A DNA stretch of 5,775 nucleotides from Octopus sinensis. Its lineage: Eukaryota. Numbering within the stretch: the first letter of the stretch is position 1; each line of letters starts with the position of its first letter. Both the position numbers and the translations under genes were made by a program. The stretch covers positions 1 through 5,775 of the forward strand of contig NW_021829947.1 in NCBI RefSeq assembly GCF_006345805.1, given 5' to 3'. Shown piece by piece: positions 1-5,775 of this stretch. A model generated the notes under the pieces. That model was not told the origin of the DNA. It made no database searches and saw nothing but the letters and a program-made list of their open reading frames with translations.

Positions 1-872
1 CTCTCTCTCACACACTCACACACACACTCTCACACACCCACACACACTCTCACACACTCACACACACTCTCACACACTCACATATACATCCACTCACGCG
101 TTGACTTGTTCCCACACTTATAAACACACACACTCATACGAAAACTTCCACTCATTCTTCATAACTCGCCCTCTCTTTCCTACACTCTCTCACTCTATCT
201 CTCTCTCTCTCTCTTACACTCTCTCTCCTACACTCTCTCTCACACACACTCTCTCTCCTACACTCTCTCTCACACACACTCTCTCTCTCAATCTCTCACT
301 TTTTGTTTTCGTCCACTGTTTCCTTCTGTCTCTCCTCACTCATTCAAACACTCACTCACTCACTCACTCATTCGACCCTCAACATTAAAACATGCGCACC
401 CTCATCCCCCCTCTCCCTCATTCCCATCATATCTCAAGCAGCTACACTCACACCACTGCTCAACAAAACCAAAAGACATACCTACACACTCAAGCCCACA
501 ATTCAAACACTCAATTCACAATGCGAATACACCAACTCACTCACCGCAATACTCACTCACTTCAGTTCACACTCAAGTGGCTGCACCACATCCTCGTGCT
601 CCCTCCCTCCCTCGTTCTACAGTTTACACACACAATCACTCTCTCAGTTAAACATTGACTCACTCTCACTCTCACTCAAACTCTCATTTAACGTCTCAGC
701 TCAAATATACACACGCCTGAACTTACCTTTATGCAAACACTCTTATATTTCACTCCCTCGCTCATTTGCATAAACACTCACTCGACTACTTCCTCCAAAA
801 TCTTCCTCCCTTAACCACCCACTCAATGCTCCCATGCTTCCCATCTCGAGTCACTCACTCACTCACTCACTC
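1..872. repeat. Degenerate CA/CT/CACT low-complexity simple-repeat region
   Basis: Interleaved (CA)n, (CT)n and (CACT)n tracts, e.g. 1-82, 185-300, 350-370, 850-872. The + strand is strongly G-poor throughout. Confidence 0.9.
221..280. repeat. Perfect 30-bp tandem duplication inside the CT/CA tract
   Basis: ctctctcctacactctctctcacacacact occurs at 221-250 and again, identically, at 251-280. Confidence 0.9.
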
Positions 873-920
873 ACCTCCTCCTGCAGCCATTTATACAGTT
901 CTGTCCCCTCAACCTTTCAC

Positions 921-1110
921 CCTTTTCTAGTTTCAGTCATCAAACTGCGGCCATGCAGGGCTTCGTTTTAAAACCCGCTACTTATTGTAAGTTACGAGAA
1001 CGTAAACAAACCGTCACCGCTCGTCAAGTGGTGGTAGGACACACCACACACACACACACACACACTCCCGCACACACACACACACACATACACACACACA
1101 CTCCCGCACA

Positions 1111-1150
<40 letters not shown>

Positions 1151-1294
1151 ACACATACACACACACACACACAGAGGCTTTAATTGACTTGAGGCTATAG
1201 TAGAAGACACTTCGCTAAGGTGACTCGCAGTGAGACGGAACCCGGAACCATGTGATTGGAAAGCAGCCTTCTTACCACGCAGTCACACCTGTGC
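921..1294 (-). mobile_element. tRNA-derived SINE, family A copy 1, with internal (TG)n microsatellite and internal deletions
   Basis: Minus-strand head has an A-box-like TGACTGCGTGG (1285-1275) and a B-box-like GGTTCCGTCTC (1242-1232), followed by a CORE-like segment caccttagcgaagtgtcttc. Head 1195-1252 aligns with 2847-2900. The 3' motif actgcggccatgc (944-956, + strand) matches 2096-2108, 2936-2947 and the reverse complement of 5696-5708. Boundaries are approximate. Confidence 0.85.
1040..1173. repeat. (CA)n microsatellite internal to SINE copy 1
   Basis: Near-pure CA array with two ctcccg interruptions, lying between the SINE 3' body and the SINE head. Confidence 0.95.
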
Positions 1295-1331
1295 TTTTCA
1301 TACAAAATTATACTTGAACAGACATACCTCT

Positions 1332-1700
1332 ACTCACTCACTCACTCAATCACTCACTCACACTCTCTCAATTACTCACTCACTCACTCTCTCACTCATT
1401 CACTCACTAACTCACTCTCTCACTCACTCACTCACTCTTTCACTCACTCACTCACTCTCTCACTCATTCTCTCACTCACTCACGCACTCACTCACTCACT
1501 CACTCACTCACTCACTCAACTCTCACTCACTCACTCACTCACTCACTCACTAACTCACTCACTCACTCACTCACTCACTCACTCACTCACTCACTCACTC
1601 ACACACTCACTCACTCACTCACTCAACTCTCTCACTCACTCACTCTCTCACTCACTCTCTCACTCACTCTCTCACTCACTCACTCTCAATCACTCACTCA
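1332..1700. repeat. (CACT)n tetranucleotide array, about 370 bp
   Basis: Long ACTC run with occasional CT slips. It degrades further to about 1840 and produces the SLTH-repeat ORFs. Confidence 0.95.
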
Positions 1701-1970
1701 CGCAAACGTTTAATCACATCATTCATTCAAACATCCATGCATCCAGTCTTTCACTCAAATATTTTTTCACACCCTCACTCACGCAGCTACACGCCCTTCC
1801 ACTCACTCAGATACTTATACTCTCACTCACACTCTCACTTGCACCCTCAAACCACGGTGCACTCGGCCAACCACTGTCCCTTCTTTTCGTTTCTCCATTC
1901 ACCGTCTTTCTTTCTCTCTTCCTTTAAACGTTCTTCCACTCGCTTGTCTCCCCTTCTCTCCTCTATCACA

Positions 1971-2037
1971 CGCACACGCAGACAAGTGCGCGCACACGCA
2001 GACAAGTGCGCGCACACGCAGACAAGTGCGCGCACAC
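1971..2037. repeat. Perfect 20-bp minisatellite, about 3.3 copies
   Basis: cgcacacgcagacaagtgcg at 1971-1990, 1991-2010 and 2011-2030, plus a partial cgcacac at 2031-2037. Confidence 0.95.
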
Positions 2038-2056
2038 TAATGCACACACATACGAA

Positions 2057-2910
2057 CTTTTTCTCTTTTTTCTTTTTATTTGTTCCAGACATTGGACCGC
2101 GGCCATGCTGGGGCAGCGCCTCGAGAAATGTTTAGTCGGATGAATCGAGGTCACTACTTATTTTTTTAAAGTCTGGAAATTATTCCATCACTCTTTTTTG
2201 TCGAACCGCTAAGTTACAGCGAGGTAAACTCATCCCCCCCCACACACACATACACTGGACATCGAGCGGTGGTGGTAGAGAGAGAGAGAGACAGACAGAC
2301 ACACACACACACATGCGCTCACACACACACACACCCATGCACACACATACACACACACGCCTGCACACGCACTCATACGCGCACACACCCATGCATACAG
2401 ACAGATAGACACACACACGCATGCATGCACACGCACTCACATGCACCCACACACGCGCACACAAAAGATAGACTGACACACACACACACACATGCACAAA
2501 CACATACACAGTCTCTCTCTCTCACACACACCAGACACACACAAAGTCTCCCTCTCTCTCTCTCTCACACAGTCTCTCTCTCTCTCATGCACACACACCA
2601 CACACACACAGAGTCTCTCTCTCTCTCCCTCACACACACACAGTCTCTCTATCTCTCTCACACACAGTATCTCTCTCTTTCTCTCATATACACACCGTTA
2701 CTCTCTCTCTCTCATACACACACCACAAACACACAGTCGCTCTCTCTATCTCTCTCTCACATACACACACACACATACGACTTGCTTTTTTTTTTGTTCA
2801 GTTTCCGTCAACCAAATCCCACCGGAAAACTTTGGTGAACTCCACGCTAGAGTGGAGACATCGTAAGGTGACACGCAGAGGAGCTGAACTCAGAACCGTG
2901 GGCTTCGGGG
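2057..2910 (-). mobile_element. SINE family A copy 2, with an expanded ~500-bp internal compound microsatellite; extreme 5' end (A box) missing
   Basis: T-rich tail at 2057-2080 on +. Body motifs accgcggccatgc (2096-2108) and gaaccgc (2203-2209). Linker cagtttccgtcaaccaaatcc (2799-2819). Head 2847-2900 aligns to copy 1 at 1195-1252 but stops before the A-box segment. Confidence 0.85.
2277..2776. repeat. Compound (GA)/(CA)/(CT) microsatellite internal to SINE copy 2
   Basis: A short GA run, then CA with CG/TG variants (2299-2510), then alternating CT and CA blocks. Confidence 0.95.
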
Positions 2911-3097
2911 TTCTTCAACTTGCTTCGCTCATTTAACTGTAGCCTGCAATGGCTTTGGAGGACGAATCGACCCAAATACTTACTCTCATCATTCTATGAA
3001 CTCACTTTTGCTGAACCGCGAGGCTATGAGGACGTCAACACACCAGCACCGGTCGTTATGCGGTTTCGGAGGGCAAACACAACACAAACTCAAAGTT

Positions 3098-3333
3098 ACA
3101 CACACGTACGTATAAATATACATACATACATACATACATACATACATACATACATACATACATACATACATACGTACGTACGTACACACACACACACACA
3201 CACACACATACATACATACATACATACATACAAACATACGTACGTACGTACACACACATACATACATACATACATACATACATACATACATACAAACATA
3301 GATAACTAGATAGATAAATAGATAGATAGATAA

Positions 3334-3372
<39 letters not shown>

Positions 3373-3460
3373 TACATACATACAAACATGCATACATACA
3401 TACATGCATACATACATACATACATACATACATACATACATACATACATACATACATACA
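3098..3460. repeat. Compound (CATA)n/(CGTA)n/(CA)n/(GATA)n microsatellite
   Basis: CATA array 3119-3298 with two acgtacgtacgtac-CA interruptions, GATA block 3299-3372, CATA again 3373-3460. Confidence 0.95.
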
Positions 3461-3573
3461 TGCAAAAATACCCTGTTGTTGATGTTGAAATTCCAATGAA
3501 GGAGCCTTGGATCTAGGTTAGAAACCGGCTCTTTCTCTGTTGGCAAGAAACCTTGAAATAAACTGAATAATGA
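3461..3573 (+). mobile_element. Short non-simple insert, probable 3' tail fragment of another retroelement
   Basis: About 113 bp of complex sequence embedded in the SINE-internal microsatellite. It has a stem GAAGGAGCC (3498-3506)/GGCTCTTTC (3527-3535) and AATAAA at 3557-3562, then CA repeats. I recall it as a cephalopod interspersed repeat, which is unverified. Orientation is inferred from AATAAA. Confidence 0.5.
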
Positions 3574-3634
3574 CACACACACACGCAGATACATTATGCG
3601 ACGGGTTTCCACGCAGTTTCCGAGAACCAAATCC

Positions 3635-3637
<3 letters not shown>

Positions 3638-3669
<32 letters not shown>
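3638..3669. repeat. (TA)16 microsatellite
   Basis: Perfect TA run at the point where homology of SINE copy 3 ends. Confidence 0.97.
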
Positions 3670-3672
<3 letters not shown>

Positions 3673-3780
3673 GCACACTCACACATAATAAGTTGTCAAT
3701 TTACAGTGGTTTGCCAGTTTTTGTGAAATCAAAGTGGGCGGGAGACAAGGACGGTTGAAAATCGTTGACGTAGAGTTTTC

Positions 3781-3865
3781 TACATGTATTTATGTATGTA
3801 TGTGTATAGGTATGAATGCATATATGTATGTGTGTATATATGTATGTATATATGTATGTATGTGT
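3781..3865. repeat. Degenerate (TATG)n/(TA)n microsatellite
   Basis: Repeated tatg, tgta and tata units. Confidence 0.9.
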
Positions 3866-4017
3866 TTACTTGCGATATATTGTAAGTTTTTGTCTTTTCC
3901 TTTGCAGAATCGAAGCCGATCGCTAACGATGTGACGAAGCTATATTCTTTAAGTCAAAACATCTGTCGAGGGTTCAGCTTATCTCAATTGTTTGATGTAT
4001 GCATGTGTTTATGTTGC

Positions 4018-4019
<2 letters not shown>

Positions 4020-4048
<29 letters not shown>

Positions 4049-4085
4049 TGTGTGTGTGTGTGTGTGTGTGTGTGCGTTGTATGTA

Positions 4086-4127
<42 letters not shown>
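4020..4127. repeat. (TG)n microsatellite
   Basis: Near-pure TG array with short tatg interruptions. Confidence 0.95.
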
Positions 4128-4128
<1 letters not shown>

Positions 4129-4405
4129 ATGAGAGCGGATAAACTCGAAAGCGTGGGTGTGCGTGTCCCAACAGAGCGCAGGTGTATGTCCACCGCTGTT
4201 TATTTGCGTGCGTTCCTATTTAGTCTGTACGTAAATGCGATTGAAGGCTTGCGTTCACCTTTTTTTTTTTCTTTTTTGCAAGTGCTTTCTGCGCTTCGAA
4301 TCGATTGCATGTGGAGAACGCGAAGCTGCTCTCTTCTTTTCTGGAGAATCGAAGCATTTCTAGGTTTTTATGCAGATCTATTGATACGTCGCCCAGTACA
4401 GTCAA

Positions 4406-4698
4406 GGTGCGTGGCATAGTGGTTAGGGTACTCGGCCCACGACCCTAAGGTCATCAGTTCGATTCCGGGCAGTGCCGTGTGTCTTTAAGCAAGGTACTTT
4501 ATTTTATGTGGCTCCAATCCACTCACCTGGCCAAAATGAGTTGTACCTGCAATTCAAAGGACCAGCTTTATTACTTCTATGTCACGCTGTATCACCCTGA
4601 GAACTACGTTATAGGTACGCGTGTCTGCGGAGTACTCAGTCACTTTGCACGTCAATTTCACGAACAGGCTGTTCTGTAGAACGGTTCCACTGGGTTAC
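4406..4698 (+). mobile_element. tRNA-derived SINE, family B, near full length
   Basis: A box TGGCATAGTGG (4412-4422) fits TRGCNNAGYGG. B box AGTTCGATTCC (4456-4466). These are followed by a CORE-like segment gtgtctttaagcaaggtactt and about 200 bp of body unrelated to family A. No TSD seen. The 3' boundary is approximate. Confidence 0.85.
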
Positions 4699-4782
4699 TC
4701 TTTTTATTGGGATGTTCTTCCAGCATTCTGTATTCGTAAAGGTGTGGATATTATTTGGTTGTGTTGTGCCTTTGATATGGCA

Positions 4783-4845
4783 ATGTATGTTTATGTGTAT
4801 GTCTATATATACACGTATATAAATATGATTGTATGTATCTATGTT
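4783..4845. repeat. Degenerate TA/TG microsatellite
   Basis: tgtatgtttatgtgtatgtctatatatacacgtatataaatatg pattern. Confidence 0.75.
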
Positions 4846-4869
4846 TTCTTCTGTTTTTATTTTTTTGAA

Positions 4870-5314
4870 ATCTTCCAGTAATGAAAGAACTGTACTTTTG
4901 TGATCCTTTCTAACAATTCGCGTAAGAGCCCGACGGTCCCTATCTAAAAGTTTTGGTTTTCTTCCGGAGTTTTGTTTCTATGAGGAGGTTTTTCCCTCCT
5001 TCTCAAGGGTTGTCATTACTTTCGAGACAGTACTTCTTGATACACCAAACATTTCGGCTGCTTTCGTTTCACTAGCACCTGCCATACAAGCACCAACAAT
5101 TTGACCTCTTTGAAAGTCCGATAGATCTGTCATTTTAATGAATTTTAATTACCTTTTTCTGATGATATCTGAAAAGAAAGAGCAATTTTAGCAAAACATA
5201 TTAAGCAACACAAATAATAAATCAAAACACATAAAAGTAAACAAGCTTTTGACGGTTTTATAGATATTTCAAAATTATGATGCTAGGTGTTTCCATTATT
5301 TTGTCCAGCCCCTG
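4870..5314 (-). mobile_element. 5' portion of a Tc1/mariner DNA transposon (left TIR, leader, start of transposase), truncated
   Basis: The minus strand starts CAGGGGCTGGACAAAATAATGGAAACACC (5314-5286), a Tc1-type terminus, right after a TA dinucleotide (5315-5316), the Tc1/mariner target site. A transposase frame starts at 5133. No second TIR is seen in the window. Confidence 0.9.
4891..5133 (-). pseudogene. Tc1-family transposase pseudogene fragment (N-terminal HTH DNA-binding region)
   Basis: Manual translation: MTDLSDFQRGQIVGACMAGASETKAAEMFGVSRSTVSKVMTTLEKEGKTSS*KQNSGRKPKLLDRDRRALTRIVRKDHKST. It shows the typical Tc1 HTH (A..FGVSRSTVSK) and GRPR-like linker (SGRKPK). In-frame TAG at 4980-4978. 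The DDE catalytic domain is absent. Confidence 0.9.
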
Positions 5315-5316
5315 TA

Positions 5317-5470
5317 TATACCAGAGTAAGCTCATAAATGCCAAAGAAGGTGGAAAAAATAGTATTCGAATACCAGAGGTAGAGTAATAGGCTTTATTAA
5401 AACTGTTACTCAGAATTTCACGTTCCCGTTCGTCGGAGAGTTTTCTCTAGAATTTCTGATATTTTTGCTG
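5317..5470 (-). mobile_element. Probable Penelope-like element terminal-repeat (pLTR) fragment
   Basis: On the minus strand: hammerhead-like motif, immediate AATAAA (5398-5393), about 70 bp of trailer, then TATATA. The PLE assignment is inferred from the known association of minimal hammerheads with PLE termini. No PLE coding sequence is present. Confidence 0.5.
5399..5444 (-). ncRNA. Minimal type-I hammerhead ribozyme-like motif (variant or degenerate)
   Basis: Minus strand: AAAACTCT-CCGACGA-ACG-GGAA-CGT-GAAA-TTC-T-GAG-TA-ACAGTTTT. This gives stem I (7/8 pairs), a core like CUGANGA with U4C, a 3-bp stem II with GNRA loop, GAAA, stem III with a 1-nt loop, and a GUA cleavage triplet. Confidence 0.7.
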
Positions 5471-5509
5471 CTTTTTAATATATGTATGTGTATGTTTGTG
5501 TGTATGTGT

Positions 5510-5554
<45 letters not shown>

Positions 5555-5742
5555 TGTCCCACACCATCGCTTGACAACAGATGTTGGTGTGTTTACGTCT
5601 TCTTACCCTAGCGGTTCAGCAAAAGATATCGATGTACTAGGCTTATAAAGTCTAAGTCCTGGGGTCGATTTTGTTCGATTGAAGGCGGTGCTTCAGCATG
5701 ATCGCAGTTAAGTTACTGAAACAAGTAAAAGAATAAAAGAAT
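5469..5742 (+). mobile_element. SINE family A copy 4: internal (TG)n plus complete 3' half; head absent
   Basis: (TG)n at 5469-5557, then gcggttc (5611-5617) and gcatgatcgcagt (5696-5708), the reverse complements of motifs in copies 1-3. Tail (TAAAAGAA)2 at 5726-5741. Confidence 0.88.
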
Positions 5743-5775
5743 ATATATATATATGTGTGTGTGTGTGTCTGGTGT
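5741..5775. repeat. (TA)n/(TG)n microsatellite running to the window edge
   Basis: atatatatatatatgtgtgtgtgtgtgt. Confidence 0.85.

Larger units (their letters stand above)
2911..3636 (-). mobile_element. SINE family A copy 3: 3' body, internal microsatellite with a nested insertion, and linker; tRNA head not detected
   Basis: actgtagcctgc (2936-2947) and gaaccgc (3023-3029) match the family motifs. caacacaccagcaccggtcgt matches the reverse complement of 5573-5594. Linker cagtttccgagaaccaaatcc (3614-3634) matches 2799-2819. Homology stops at the (TA)16. Confidence 0.75.

Noticed and set aside
1971-2037. CRISPR-like repeat array
   Set aside because: The units are directly adjacent with no spacers, the context is eukaryotic, and there are no cas genes.
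2057-2080. Poly-T tracts (also 2786-2795 and 4258-4277) as intrinsic terminators
   Set aside because: The DNA is eukaryotic and no GC hairpin precedes them. The first is the SINE A-rich tail read on the opposite strand.
3493-3543. SECIS element or second hammerhead (ATGA...stem; CCAATGA...GAAACCGG)
   Set aside because: The 3' strand lacks the GA needed for the SECIS quartet. The hammerhead reading needs two core substitutions, an extra base before TC and an offset stem I. It is kept only as a generic stem-loop.
101-3934. Supplied ORFs of 62-229 aa rich in SLTH, HTHT, CVCV, YIHT or MYVC
   Set aside because: They are translations of CACT, CA/TG, CT and CATA microsatellites, which lack stop codons in several frames. 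No domain-like sequence is present and many begin at non-ATG codons.
4293-4355. Possible miRNA-like hairpin (gcttcga/tcgaagc) and the 11-mer agaatcgaagc repeated at 3906-3916 and 4345-4355
   Set aside because: There are only about 7-8 terminal pairs with a poorly pairing interior. A single 11-mer match has no extended flanking homology and is compatible with chance.
3931-4419. 162-aa ORF on +
   Set aside because: It runs straight through the (TG)n array and a poly-T tract. Only the first ~20 codons are retained, as part of a weak exon candidate.
4406-4478. Possible tRNA gene
   Set aside because: A and B boxes are good, but the anticodon and T stems do not pair properly and the sequence continues into a SINE body. 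It is a SINE head.
4479-4881. ORFs 4479-4679 and 4621-4881
   Set aside because: They are short frames inside SINE family B and the adjacent TA/TG repeat, with no recognisable protein features.

Overview
A microsatellite-saturated eukaryotic window, most likely intronic or intergenic, with no intact protein-coding gene; the supplied ORFs are almost all translations of simple repeats. The repeat content resembles what I recall from octopus (coleoid cephalopod) genomes, but that assignment is recollection, not a search result. Four copies of one tRNA-derived SINE family that carries an internal microsatellite cross-align within the window: 921-1294 (-), 2057-2910 (-), 2911-3636 (-) and a 3' half at 5469-5742 (+). 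A second SINE family with clear Pol III A/B boxes lies at 4406-4698 (+). The 5' end of a dead Tc1/mariner transposon lies at 4870-5314 (-), with a TIR, a TA target site and an N-terminal transposase reading frame absent from the ORF track. The most interesting element is a compact type-I hammerhead-ribozyme-like fold at 5399-5444 (-), with an unusual CCGACGA core, directly followed by AATAAA. It matches the minimal hammerheads known from Penelope-like element termini. I see no evidence for a large undescribed multi-gene system.
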